Positions 28,685 to 38,337 of a stretch of 64,000 nt of DNA are shown piece after piece. The stretch covers positions 512,001 through 576,000 of the forward strand of contig OZ219871.1 of NCBI GenBank assembly GCA_964291495.2. Direction: 5' to 3'. The stretch is from Dehalococcoidia bacterium. Its GTDB lineage: Bacteria; Chloroflexota; Dehalococcoidia; UBA2979. The notes beneath the pieces were generated by a model. It did not search any database and was not told the origin of the DNA. It saw nothing but the letters and a program-made list of their open reading frames with translations. A program made the translations under genes and the position numbers. Position 1 is the first letter of the stretch. Each line of letters starts with the position of its first letter.

Positions 28685-29623
28685 GTGAGCGCTCCCCTGC
28701 GCGTACTGACCTGGATGCCGCCCGAGATGACCGAGCGCATCAACGAGGTCGAAGGCGTCGAGTTGATCCACATCCCGGCGCGCGGACCGTTCCCCGAGGA
28801 CGCGAACGGCGACGTGCTGCTGGTCGGCGCGCGCAGCGTGCCCGTCATGGAGGAGGCGCTGAGCAGCGGCGTCCGCTGGATCCACATCTACGGTACCGGC
28901 GTCGACGGCTTCCCGATCGAGCGGATCGAGGGCGATCAAATCCTCAGCTGCTCACGCGGGGCGAGCGGCGTGCCGATCGCCGAGTGGGTGATGGCGACGC
29001 TGCTCGCCTTCGAGAAGCGGCTGGAGGAGACGGCGATCCACGAGCCCTGGGATCGCCGCCGCGACCCCGGGCTGGGCACGCTCGAGGGCAAGACACTGGG
29101 CCTCGTGGGGCTCGGCGGCATCGGCCTCGCCCTGGCCGAACGGGCGCTGCCGTTCGGGATGCGCGTGCTCGCCCTGCGCCGTCACCCGCGACCGAGCGAG
29201 GTGCCCGGCGTCGAGATCGCGAGCGACCTCGGCGAACTGCTCGCCGAGGCGGACCACCTCGTGCTCGCCGCTCCGGCGACCGCCGCGACGCACCACCTGA
29301 TCGACCGTGAGGCCCTCGGGCGGGTGAAGCCGGGCGTCCACCTGGTCAACGTTGCGCGCGGATCGCTGGTCGACAACGACGCGCTGCGCGAGGCGCTCGA
29401 CGACGGGCGCATCGCGATGGCCTCGCTCGACACGATCGAGCCGGAGCCGCTGCCCGCCGGACACTGGCTCTACTCGCACCCACAGGTGCGGGTGACCCCG
29501 CACCTCTCGTGGAGCATGCCGGCAGGCCGCGATCGGATCGTCGACATCTTCGTCGCGAACCTGCGGCACTTCATGGCGGGCGAACCCCTCGAGGGCGTCG
29601 TGGACGTCGAGGAGGGCTACTAG
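28685..29623 (+). CDS. D-isomer-specific 2-hydroxyacid dehydrogenase
   Basis: GLVGLGGIG, LVNVARG, EPEPLP, VTPH; GTG after AGGAAGG. Confidence 0.9.
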   Translation: MSAPLRVLTWMPPEMTERINEVEGVELIHIPARGPFPEDANGDVLLVGARSVPVMEEALSSGVRWIHIYGTGVDGFPIERIEGDQILSCSRGASGVPIAEWVMATLLAFEKRLEETAIHEPWDRRRDPGLGTLEGKTLGLVGLGGIGLALAERALPFGMRVLALRRHPRPSEVPGVEIASDLGELLAEADHLVLAAPATAATHHLIDREALGRVKPGVHLVNVARGSLVDNDALREALDDGRIAMASLDTIEPEPLPAGHWLYSHPQVRVTPHLSWSMPAGRDRIVDIFVANLRHFMAGEPLEGVVDVEEGY

Positions 29624-30543
29624 CCGCGCAGGTAGCGGGCGGCTGCGCTCGCGGCGGAGACGGCCTCGCCGACGGCTTCGGCCACGTGGCCGCCGTAGCC
29701 GCGCCGCACGGCGCCGGCGGCGAAGACGCCCGGCAGTGAGGTCGCGAACTCCGCATCGGTGACGACGTAGCCGTCCTCGCACGCCACCTCGGGAGGCAGG
29801 AACTCGCTGTTGGGGATCGAGCCGATGAAGGGGAAGACGGCCTTGCAGGCCAGCTCGCGGACGCTGCCGTCCCCGACGCCGCGCAGCCGCACGCCCTCGA
29901 CCGCGCTGCCTCCGAGGACTTCGTCGACGACGCTGCTCCAGACGAACTCGACGTTGTCGAGCCGGGAGAGCCGGTTCACGTAGTCCGGCTTCGCCCGCAG
30001 CGGGCTGCGCGCGACGACATAGACCCTGCGACAGAAGCCGGCGAGGACCAACGCCTCCTGCGCAGCGGCGTCCCCGCCCCCGATGACCGCGACGTCCTCG
30101 CCTCGGTAGAGGTGGCCGTCGCACCAGGCGCACTGCGAGACGCCCTTGCCCAGCAACTCGCGCGCGCCGGGCGCCTCAAGCGGCCGGAGCCGCGCGCCGG
30201 AGGCCACGACGACGGCGCGGGCGCGCTGTCGCTCGCCCGCGGCGAGAGCGGCCAGGCCCCCACCCCCAACGGTGAGCGACTCGATCGCAGCCCGGTGGAA
30301 CACGACGCCGAGCGAGCGGCAGCGCTCGACGAGGTCGACGGCGAGGTCGACGCCGGAGAGCGGCCCGACGGCCGGGTAGCCGTCGAGCAGCTCGACGGTC
30401 GCGATCTGCCCGCCGAACAGCGGCTCGCCCTCGATCAGGGCCGTGCTGAGGCCGGAGCGGGCGGCGTGCAGCGCGGCGGTCAGGCCGGTGACGCCGCCGC
30501 CGATGACGAGGACGTCGTACCTGCCGTGGCGCCGGCTCACCAT
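29620..30543 (-). CDS. Thioredoxin-reductase-like FAD/NAD(P) disulfide oxidoreductase (atypical)
   Basis: YDVLVIGGGVTG, GGQI, GKGVSQCAWCDG (CxxC), VIGGGDAA, TSLPGVFAAG. Confidence 0.88.
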   Translation of the reverse strand: MVSRRHGRYDVLVIGGGVTGLTAALHAARSGLSTALIEGEPLFGGQIATVELLDGYPAVGPLSGVDLAVDLVERCRSLGVVFHRAAIESLTVGGGGLAALAAGERQRARAVVVASGARLRPLEAPGARELLGKGVSQCAWCDGHLYRGEDVAVIGGGDAAAQEALVLAGFCRRVYVVARSPLRAKPDYVNRLSRLDNVEFVWSSVVDEVLGGSAVEGVRLRGVGDGSVRELACKAVFPFIGSIPNSEFLPPEVACEDGYVVTDAEFATSLPGVFAAGAVRRGYGGHVAEAVGEAVSAASAAARYLRG

Positions 30544-30562
30544 CGTCGGGCTCGTGCGGCCG

Positions 30563-32305
30563 TCAGCGCGTCCGCGCCTCGGCGAGCCGCGCGTCCCAGT
30601 CGGCGGGGAGCTCGATCTTCTTCGCGACCGGGTAGCCGAGCCTGCCGTTGTGCGAGAAGGTGATGGCGTTGTTGCGCAGCGGGTCGCCCGCGACCGCGAC
30701 CATGAAGTCGTCGGGCTCGAAGACAATCGGCACCAGCCGGTTCGGGTCGTCCGATTCGAGGAACACGCGCGGGATCCGGCCGAGGTTGACCTCCGCCTCG
30801 AGCGAGCGGATCACGTGGTCGGTCCAGTCGCCGAGGTAGCGCTCGAACTCCCACGCGGGCAGCCTCGCGTGGTCGAAGAGGTACTGCTTCACGTCCTGCT
30901 TGCTCCAGCCGGCCTTCGCGATCGTCTGCGCGAGGATCGGGCTGAGCACCAGCAGCGGGCGCAGCGAACCCATCGACTTGCCGACGGTGAAGATCAGCTG
31001 CCAGGTGTTCTGCTTGAGCACCGCGTCCGCGATGTAGGGCAGCACGCGCTCCGGCGTGTCGCCGTAGACCGAGGCCATCATGTCGCCGCCGGTGTAGCGC
31101 GCGATGGTGACGGTGTTGTCGCCGGCCTCGAAGCCGAACTCGGCGCTGGTGGGGGGCCAGCCGATCCCGGCGAGGACGTCCTCGTTCTCCGCCAGCACGA
31201 CGCGCCAGGTGTTGCCGAAGGTGGCCTTGTCGTTCTTGTGCAGCAGGAAGCCGGCGACGTTGCGCAGGTAGAGGCGCCAGAAGCGCCCGACCGAGCTGTT
31301 CGCCTGGAAGCCGTCGCGCAGCACGCCCTGCTCGTAGTTGAACCCGAGCTCCTTGATGATCGGCCCGTTGAGCGTGATGAGGGTCTCCGCGCCGGGCGTG
31401 TTGCCGCTGTGTTCGACGCCGTACTCCGGGTCGGCCATCGCCTCGGCGAGAGCGACCAGCACCGGCATGTACTCCGGCCGGCAGCCCGCCATCACCCCGT
31501 TCACCGCGATGCTCCAGATCGTGACGGCGCGGTTGTCCGCGAGGATTACGCCGATCACCTCGTCCGGATCGCGATCGGTGAAGGCGAGGAACTGCTCCAC
31601 CTTCTCGATCGTCGGTGGGACGATCGGCAGGCCATCGCTCCACTCGCACTCGGTGAAGTGGCGATTGACGTCCTCAAAGCTGCCCTCGAAGACAATCTCG
31701 CGCGGCGAGGGTTCGTCGAACGCCGGCGCGTCCTCGGGGGATTCGAGGAGATTGGCGACGACGGCGTCGAGCGTCACCTCGAGGACGTTCCGCTTCATCT
31801 CCTCCTCGCTCTGGTTGCCGACGTGGCCGGGCACGAGCGCGAGCGGCAGGTTCGGCAGCCCGAGGCCGGCCGAGGTCGTGCCGGCCTGGCCGATGAAGCC
31901 CTCGCAGACGAGCGAGGAGGTCGGCACGCCGGCCAGCTCGCACGCTGCGCTTGCCCGCATCACGGCGGGCGTGCAGCTGCCTCAGCAGCCCATCCCGGAG
32001 ATGGCGGCGTCGACCCCCAGCTCCTTGAAGCGCTGCGGCAGCGAGGCGAGAACCTCGCGCTCCTCGGCGCCGTGCGTGGTGCCGAACTCGCGCCAGCTCA
32101 CGAAGCTGACGCCGGGATAGCGGGCCTCGAGCTGCGGCTCGAGCAGGTCGAAGACCTCGTCGCCGCGGTACACATAGTCCCAGAGCTGGGCGATCGTCTT
32201 GCCGGCCAGCGTGTCCAGCCGCGGCGCGAGCGGCATCGGTTGGAGTTGCCGCTTGCTGCGCGGCCAGACCACCCGGTAGTGGCCGCCGTCGTTGCTGTTC
32301 GTCAT
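30563..32305 (-). CDS. UGSC-family selenoprotein (580 aa, C-U-G-S-C) fused to a DGLPxVPPT domain; in-frame TGA at 31984-31982 read as Sec
   Basis: ORFs 31982..32305 and 30563..31963 are in the same frame and join as GMGC-TGA-GSCTPAVMRAS; SECIS-like hairpin follows the TGA. Confidence 0.85.
31944..31977 (-). promoter_or_regulatory. Putative bacterial SECIS hairpin of the UGSC gene
   Basis: GCUGC-AC-GCCCGC-CGUGAU-GCGGGC-AAGC-GCAGC; apical loop starts 17 nt after UGA with G at loop position 2. Confidence 0.65.
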
Positions 32306-32351
32306 GGCTTCGGCTCCCTCGAGGCCGGCGCTGGCGCGCGGGTCGTGCGCG

Positions 32352-32801
32352 CTACTCGCTCAGTTCGTCGCGCACGGCGCCCTGATCCGGGTGCATCCAC
32401 TCGCCCTCGTAGCGCCGGTGCGCGAACTTCCACTCGCCGTCGACCTTGCGCAGGCGGTCGAAGTAGCGGCCCGCCAGGCGCAGGACGCCGTCCGACATCC
32501 CCCACGCGGCGATGTAGCACTCGACGCGCGCCTCGTCCGGCGCGCCCTCGACGGCCTCGATGGCGAGGCTGTTCGTCCAGTGGCGGTAGTCGTCGCCGGT
32601 CACCTCGAAGAGCCGGCGCATGTACGCCTCCAGGCCTTCGCGCCCCTCGTGGCGGAACGCCCAGTCCGGGCCGATCAGCTCGAGCACGCCGTCCTCGGTG
32701 AACATCGCCGCCGTCCGCTCGGCCTCGCGGCGGTCGTAGGCGAGGTTCTGACGCGCGAACAGGTCGCGGATCGCCTCGCGGTCCTCGAGCGTGAGCGCCA
32801 T
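32352..32801 (-). CDS. SnoaL-like / NTF2 family protein
   Basis: MALTLEDREAIRDLFARQNLAYD...FTEDG...RHWTNSL...GRYFDRLRKVDGEWKFAHR; GAGGAGG RBS. Confidence 0.88.
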   Translation of the reverse strand: MALTLEDREAIRDLFARQNLAYDRREAERTAAMFTEDGVLELIGPDWAFRHEGREGLEAYMRRLFEVTGDDYRHWTNSLAIEAVEGAPDEARVECYIAAWGMSDGVLRLAGRYFDRLRKVDGEWKFAHRRYEGEWMHPDQGAVRDELSE

Positions 32802-32946
32802 CGCTACCTCCTCGCCCGCCGGTGCCTCGGCCAGCATAGTGCCCCGGCGCGGCGCGGTGTCGGGCGCTGTGGCGCCGCCGGTCGCCAGCCCGCTAGCATG
32901 CGTTTCCCCGCACGTCGGCCGCGCACGCGGCGGAAGGACCGTCCCC

Positions 32947-34179
32947 ATGCCAGACGAGAGCCAGGAAAGCCAGTACTCGATCCGCTACACGAATCCGATC
33001 TACGGCGAGGAGGAGATCGCCGCCGTCGTCGAGGCGCTTCGCACCGAGCCCGAGCTGCAGGTGGGCCCGCGCGTGCGGGAGATGGAAAGCCGCGTCGCGG
33101 CGATGTTCGACAAGAAGTACGGCGTGATGACGAACTCCGGCACCTCGGCGCTGTACCTCGCCGTCGAGCTGCTCGACCTGCCGCCGGGGAGCGAGATCAT
33201 CACCTCGATCATCAGCTTCTCGGCCACGTTCGCGCCGATCGTGCGCGGCGGGCACGTCGCCTCGTACGTCGATGTCGAGTTCGACACATACAACATCGAC
33301 GTGGACAAGATCGAGGAGATGATCACCCCCAACACGAGGGCGATGCTGATCCCGAACCTGATCGGCAACGCGCCGGACTGGGAGAAGATCCGCGAGATCG
33401 CGGACCGTCACGACCTCAAGGTGGTCGAGGACTCGGCGGACACGCTCGGCGCGGAGCTGCGCGGCAAGACGACGGGCACCTGGACCGACATCAGCATGAC
33501 GAGCTTCGCGCGCTCGCACATCATCACGAGCGGGGGCAGCGGCGGCCTCGTCGCCGTCAACAGCGAGGAGGAGTGGGACCGCGCGCTGCTGCTGCGCCGC
33601 TGGGGCCGCACCTCGGAGGTGCAGATGTACGGCTCGAAGCAGGGCTCGGGCGACCGCTTCGAGGCCGTGATCGACGGCATTCCCTACGACACCTACTTCA
33701 TCTTCGACGAGGTCGGCTGGAACTTCGAGCCGTCGGAGATGCACGCCGCGTTCGGCCTCGTGCAGCTCGGCAGGCTCGAGGAGTTCTACCAGGCGCGCAA
33801 GCGGCGCTTCGACATGCACACAGACTTCTTCAACCTCGAGCGCATCCGGGAGCGCTTCGTCCCGGCGCGCCAGTTGGAGGATCTGAAGACCAGCTGGATC
33901 TCCTACCCGCTGATGATCCGCGAGGACGCGGGCTTCAGCCGCGCCGACTTCCAGCAGTACATGGAGGCCAACGGCGTCCAGACGCGCATGGTCTGGTCCG
34001 GCAACATCCTCCGCCAACCCGCCTTCAGGGACACTCCGCACAAGGCCGCGCCCGAGGGCTACCCGAACGCCGATCGGGTCATGGAGTACGGCCTGATCCT
34101 GCCGATGAATCACGCGGTGCCGACCGACGACATCGAGCAGATCCACGGGCTCATCGACGAGTTCGTCCGCACACGCTGA
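32947..34179 (+). CDS. DegT/DnrJ/EryC1/StrS family PLP enzyme, RfbH/ColD-like (His at the Schiff-base Lys position)
   Basis: TNSGTSAL, PNLIGN, EDSADTLG, TSFARSHIITSGGSGG. Confidence 0.85.
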   Translation: MPDESQESQYSIRYTNPIYGEEEIAAVVEALRTEPELQVGPRVREMESRVAAMFDKKYGVMTNSGTSALYLAVELLDLPPGSEIITSIISFSATFAPIVRGGHVASYVDVEFDTYNIDVDKIEEMITPNTRAMLIPNLIGNAPDWEKIREIADRHDLKVVEDSADTLGAELRGKTTGTWTDISMTSFARSHIITSGGSGGLVAVNSEEEWDRALLLRRWGRTSEVQMYGSKQGSGDRFEAVIDGIPYDTYFIFDEVGWNFEPSEMHAAFGLVQLGRLEEFYQARKRRFDMHTDFFNLERIRERFVPARQLEDLKTSWISYPLMIREDAGFSRADFQQYMEANGVQTRMVWSGNILRQPAFRDTPHKAAPEGYPNADRVMEYGLILPMNHAVPTDDIEQIHGLIDEFVRTR

Positions 34180-34201
34180 GCGGCGACCGGGAGGAACGGC
34201 G

Positions 34202-35392
34202 ATGGCGTACGGGGACACCGAGCACGACGAGGCGCTGCGCAGCGCCTGGCACGCCTTCTGCGACCGCCTCAAGGACGTGGGCGAGCTGGTCTTCGCGGAC
34301 CCCGCGCCGGCGACGCCCCTCGAGCGCGCGGTCGGGCTCCAGTACGTCGCGCGCAACATCTCGGCGGGGCTCGAGATCGGGCTCGAGCACGCCGATCCGC
34401 TGTACCCGCAGCTCTTCCGGATGATGGCGCCGAACCGCAAGCGCGGCGGCGACAACCCGGACTGCGTCTACTTCCTCGGGATCATCGACGGCAGCGAGAC
34501 CTACCGCCTGGTCGGCAACCGCGGAAGCGCGCACTTCGTCGCCTTCTCCGCGGTCCGCCCGCTGGAGACCAGTCCGGAGGGCGAGGCGGCCGAGGTGGGA
34601 CGGCTGCTCGGCGACGAGCTCGAGACCGAGTGGGACGGGAGCTTCGTCGTGACGGTCAGCCCCGACCCGCAGCCCGGCAACTGGGTCCGCACGACGCCCG
34701 AGGTCGACAAGGTCTGGGTCCGCCAGTTCTTCGGAGACTGGAATCGCGAGCAGCCGATGAACGTGCGGATCGAGCGCGTCGGCGCCGAGGGCGCGCCGCC
34801 GCGGCTCACGCCGGAGCGCCTCGTCGAGGGCCTGGAGGCGGCCGTCGAGGAGCTGCACGAGACCGTCGACTACTGGCGTGGCTGGCAGGAGCACTACCGC
34901 GCCCAGCCCAACCGCTTCCTCGAGTCACCCACGGCGCGGAAGCTCGGGGCAGCCCCGGGCGGGCTGCCGCAGCACGTCTACTTCATGGTGCAGCCGGACG
35001 AGGCGCTGCTGATCGAGTTCACGCCGCCGGCGTGCTCCTACTGGAACTTCGAGCTGAACACCTACTGGATGACCTCGATCGACTACCGCTACCACCTCTC
35101 GAGCATCAACGGCTCCCAGGCGGTGCTGGAGGACGACGGTTCGGTGATCCTCGTCGTAGCGCACGACGACCCGGGCGTCCCCAACTGGCTGGCGACGGAC
35201 GGGCACTGCGAGGGCCACATCGGCCTGCGCTGGATGCAGGCCGACTCCCAGCCGACCCCCGCCACGAGGCTGGTCAAGCTCGCCGACCTGCCCTCGGTCC
35301 TCCCGCCGGGCGCACGGCGCATCGACGAGGCGGGTCGGCGGGAGCAGCTGCGGCTGCGGCGCATCGGCGTGGATCGGCGCTTCCGGATCTAG
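34202..35392 (+). CDS. DUF1214-like domain protein
   Basis: GGDNPDCVY, YRLVGNRG, RQFFGDW, PDEALLIE, DPGVPNWL...GH. Confidence 0.7.
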   Translation: MAYGDTEHDEALRSAWHAFCDRLKDVGELVFADPAPATPLERAVGLQYVARNISAGLEIGLEHADPLYPQLFRMMAPNRKRGGDNPDCVYFLGIIDGSETYRLVGNRGSAHFVAFSAVRPLETSPEGEAAEVGRLLGDELETEWDGSFVVTVSPDPQPGNWVRTTPEVDKVWVRQFFGDWNREQPMNVRIERVGAEGAPPRLTPERLVEGLEAAVEELHETVDYWRGWQEHYRAQPNRFLESPTARKLGAAPGGLPQHVYFMVQPDEALLIEFTPPACSYWNFELNTYWMTSIDYRYHLSSINGSQAVLEDDGSVILVVAHDDPGVPNWLATDGHCEGHIGLRWMQADSQPTPATRLVKLADLPSVLPPGARRIDEAGRREQLRLRRIGVDRRFRI

Positions 35393-35483
35393 CCGCCCAC
35401 TCCATCCCGGCCGCGCCCGGTCCGCGAATGCGCCTCGTGGCGGCGTGGTACCGTCGCCGCATCCGATCGGAGAGGACCGCCAC

Positions 35484-36293
35484 ATGGACGATCTACGCGG
35501 GAAGGTCGCCGTCGTCACGGGCGGCGGGAGCGGCATCGGGCGCGGTATCGCGGAGGCGCTCGCCGAGGCCGGCGCACGCCTCGTCATCGCGGACATCGAG
35601 GGGTTGGCGGCGGAGGCAGTCGCGGCGCTGATCAGGGACGGGGGCCACCCGGCGATCGCGCGGCGCACCGACGTGACCGACGCCCACGACCTCGAGAGCC
35701 TCGCCGAGACCACCATCGAGACGTTCGGCTCCATCCACGTGCTGGTCAACAACGCCGGCGTGATGACGATGGGGCCGCTGGCGGAGGCGACCGAGGCCGA
35801 CTGGGACTGGCTGTTCGACGTCAACGTGCGCGGCATGGTGCGCGGCGTGCGCGCCTTTCTCCCCCACCTGCGTGCGAACGCGCCCGCGCACATCGTGAAC
35901 ACGATCTCGATGGCCCCCGTCGCGCCGCGGCTCGACGGCGAGATGGGCATCTACACCGCCTCGAAGGGGGCGGCGCTCGGGTTCACGGAGGTGCTGCGCG
36001 CGGAGCTGGCGGACGAGGGGATCGGCGTCACGGCGGTCTGCCCGGGCCCGGTGGATACGCGCCTCTACGAGGCCGAGCGCAACCGTCACGAGCGCTTCGG
36101 CGAAGGCAGGGCGATGGACACGCCCTCGTGGGCCCACCGCCAGCAACCGGACGAGGTTGGCGCGATGGTCGTCGACGCGATCCTGCGGAACGCCGGCTAC
36201 CTGTTCACGGATCTCGACTCGCGCGGCCGCATCGAGGCGCGCGAAGCGCGGATCCGCGAGGGGCTAAACCACCTCGAGCAGAGCAGCGCGTAG
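35484..36293 (+). CDS. Short-chain dehydrogenase/reductase
   Basis: TGGGSGIG, VNNAG, YTASK. Confidence 0.92.
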   Translation: MDDLRGKVAVVTGGGSGIGRGIAEALAEAGARLVIADIEGLAAEAVAALIRDGGHPAIARRTDVTDAHDLESLAETTIETFGSIHVLVNNAGVMTMGPLAEATEADWDWLFDVNVRGMVRGVRAFLPHLRANAPAHIVNTISMAPVAPRLDGEMGIYTASKGAALGFTEVLRAELADEGIGVTAVCPGPVDTRLYEAERNRHERFGEGRAMDTPSWAHRQQPDEVGAMVVDAILRNAGYLFTDLDSRGRIEAREARIREGLNHLEQSSA

Positions 36294-36331
36294 CGCCGCG
36301 CGTCGCGCGGGGCACTGAACGGGGGCCGGCC

Positions 36332-37582
36332 ATCGACGCGCGCGAGCGAGGCCGGTTGCGGACGTTCCGTTCGCTGGACGACCGCAACTTCCGCTGGTTC
36401 CTGACCTCGATCTTCTCGGGGTTCACCTCGAACGACATGCAGCAGTTCCTGCGGGGCTGGCTGGTCTTCGAGCTGACCGGCTCGTTCGCGGCGCTCGGGC
36501 TGATGTCGCTGATCAACGGGATGACGGGGCTGCTGCTGGCGCTGGTCGGCGGGGTGGTCGCCGACCTCGTGAAGCAGCGCAAGCACGTCGTGCAGATCGG
36601 GCAGGGGCTGAGCGGGCTGAACGCGCTCGTGCTCGCGCTGCTGGTCTTCGGCGACCTGCTGCGCGTGGAGCACGTGCTGATCGCGGCGGCGCTCCACGGC
36701 GGCTCCAACAACCTCACGATGCCCTCGAGGCAGGCGCTGACGCCGGACGTCGTGGGGCCCGAGCGGTTGATGAACGCGATGGGCCTCTACAGCACGAGCC
36801 AGAACGCGGCGAAGCTGCTGATGCCCGGGCTCGCCGGCGGGATGGTCGGCTTCCTCAGCGACCCGGGCACGATCGGCGGCGCGGCCTACGTCTACGTGCT
36901 GATCTTCACCATCTACACGGTCTCGGTCGCGACCATGTTCCCGGTGCGCGTCCCGGACCGCACGCCGGGAGCACGCTCCTTCACTTCGCTGCGCGGCGAC
37001 CTGGCGGACGGCTTCCGCTTCGTCGCCGGACACCGTCCGCTCGCGGTGCTGCTGATCTGCAACCCGCTCTTCGCGCTGCTGGGCCTCGGCCACTTCGTGA
37101 TGCTGCCCGGCTTCGCCAAGGAGGTGCTCGACGCCGGTCCGGGGCAGCTCGGGCTGCTGACCAGCGTCTCGGGCGTCGGCGCGGTGGTGGGATCGCTGGT
37201 GGTCGCGTCCCTGCCCGGAAGGCGCCGGGGCGTGCTGATGCTGGGGAGCGCGGTGCTGCTCGGCGTAGCGCTTGTCGCCTTCGCGGCGTCGACCTCGTTC
37301 TGGCTCTCGCTCGCGATCATCCTCGTCGTCGGCCTCGGTCAGGCGGGCTACCTGGGGCTGATGAACGTGCTCGTGCAGGTGCTCGCCGGCAATACCTATC
37401 GAGGGCGCGTGATGAGCATCTACATGATGGAGTTCAACATCACGCAGCTGCTGCTGTTCGGGATGGGCATCTTCGCCAGCGTCTACGGCCCGCGGGCCAC
37501 GTTCGCGGCCGCCGGCATCGCCCTCGTGCTGTTCTCGCTCGCCCTGCTGGCGCGCTCGCCGACGCTGCGCAGGATCGAGTAG
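36332..37582 (+). CDS. MFS transporter (start uncertain: ATC 36332 or TTG 36356)
   Basis: TFRSL...FRWF, about 12 hydrophobic segments, RGRVMSI; paralog of 41773..43104. Confidence 0.85.
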   Translation: MDARERGRLRTFRSLDDRNFRWFLTSIFSGFTSNDMQQFLRGWLVFELTGSFAALGLMSLINGMTGLLLALVGGVVADLVKQRKHVVQIGQGLSGLNALVLALLVFGDLLRVEHVLIAAALHGGSNNLTMPSRQALTPDVVGPERLMNAMGLYSTSQNAAKLLMPGLAGGMVGFLSDPGTIGGAAYVYVLIFTIYTVSVATMFPVRVPDRTPGARSFTSLRGDLADGFRFVAGHRPLAVLLICNPLFALLGLGHFVMLPGFAKEVLDAGPGQLGLLTSVSGVGAVVGSLVVASLPGRRRGVLMLGSAVLLGVALVAFAASTSFWLSLAIILVVGLGQAGYLGLMNVLVQVLAGNTYRGRVMSIYMMEFNITQLLLFGMGIFASVYGPRATFAAAGIALVLFSLALLARSPTLRRIE

Positions 37583-37591
37583 CGCTGCCCC

Positions 37592-38203
37592 CTACCCGCC
37601 GTTGCGCCGAGGCACCTCGAGCTGCTCCATCACCTGCTCGAAGACCGCGTACTCCTGCGCGCCGACCACGGCGTCGCGCTCGTTGAAGATGAACGTCGGC
37701 ACGCCGCGCACGCCGATCTCGCGCGCGAGCGCGATGCGTTCGTCCACCTGCGCGCGGTAGCGCCCCTCGCCCAGCACCGCGCGCAGCTCATCGCGATCGA
37801 GTCCCTGCTCCCCGCCGATCTCGATCAGCGTCTCGAGGTCCCCGATGTCCGCCTCGCCCTCGAAGTGCGCGGCGAAGAGCGCGCGGTGCAGGCCGTCGCC
37901 GTCGTGGCCGATCTCCTGCGCGTACTCGGCGGTCTCGAGGGCGAGGTGCGAGTTCGGCGTGAAGCGCCGTCCGCGGCGGAAGGTGATGCCGACGCGCTCG
38001 CCGCGCAGCTCCAACTGCGTCGGCGGGTCGTCCGGCTTCGTGCGCGGCTCGCGCTCACGGCCCTCGGGAGGGATCGAGGCGTCGAGCAGGTACGGCCACC
38101 AGCGGACCTCGAGCTCGTACTCGCGCCGCAGCTTCTCGACCTCCACGAGGCCGACGTAGCACCACGGTCAGATGAAGTCGCTGACGATGATCAGTGAGGT
38201 CAT
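37592..38203 (-). CDS. DsbA/FrnE-like selenoprotein with a UxxC (U-P-W-C) active site; in-frame TGA at 38170-38168
   Basis: ATG 38203 gives MTSLIIVSDFI-TGA-PWCYVGLVEVEK in frame with 37592..38146; GVRGVPTF, GAQ motifs; hairpin after TGA. Confidence 0.87.
38136..38154 (-). promoter_or_regulatory. Putative SECIS hairpin of the DsbA-like gene
   Basis: UCGGCCUC-GUG-GAGGUCGA (8 bp including one GU), loop 21 nt after UGA. Confidence 0.6.
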
Positions 38204-38337
38204 GGCGGGCTGCCCTCGCCTTCCGGGCGCCGTGCCCTGCTCTCAGTATGACGCCTGCGCGCTCGCGCGGCAGCGCGACCGGCGGCGCTGCTACCATCCA
38301 CGCCCCCGCCGCCGCGGCACGAATGGAGCGAGGGCGC

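Noticed and set aside
30563-32305. Treating 31982..32305 and 30563..31963 as two genes or a nonsense pseudogene
   Set aside because: The in-frame junction forms the C-U-G-S-C motif and is followed by a SECIS-like hairpin; Sec readthrough explains it better.
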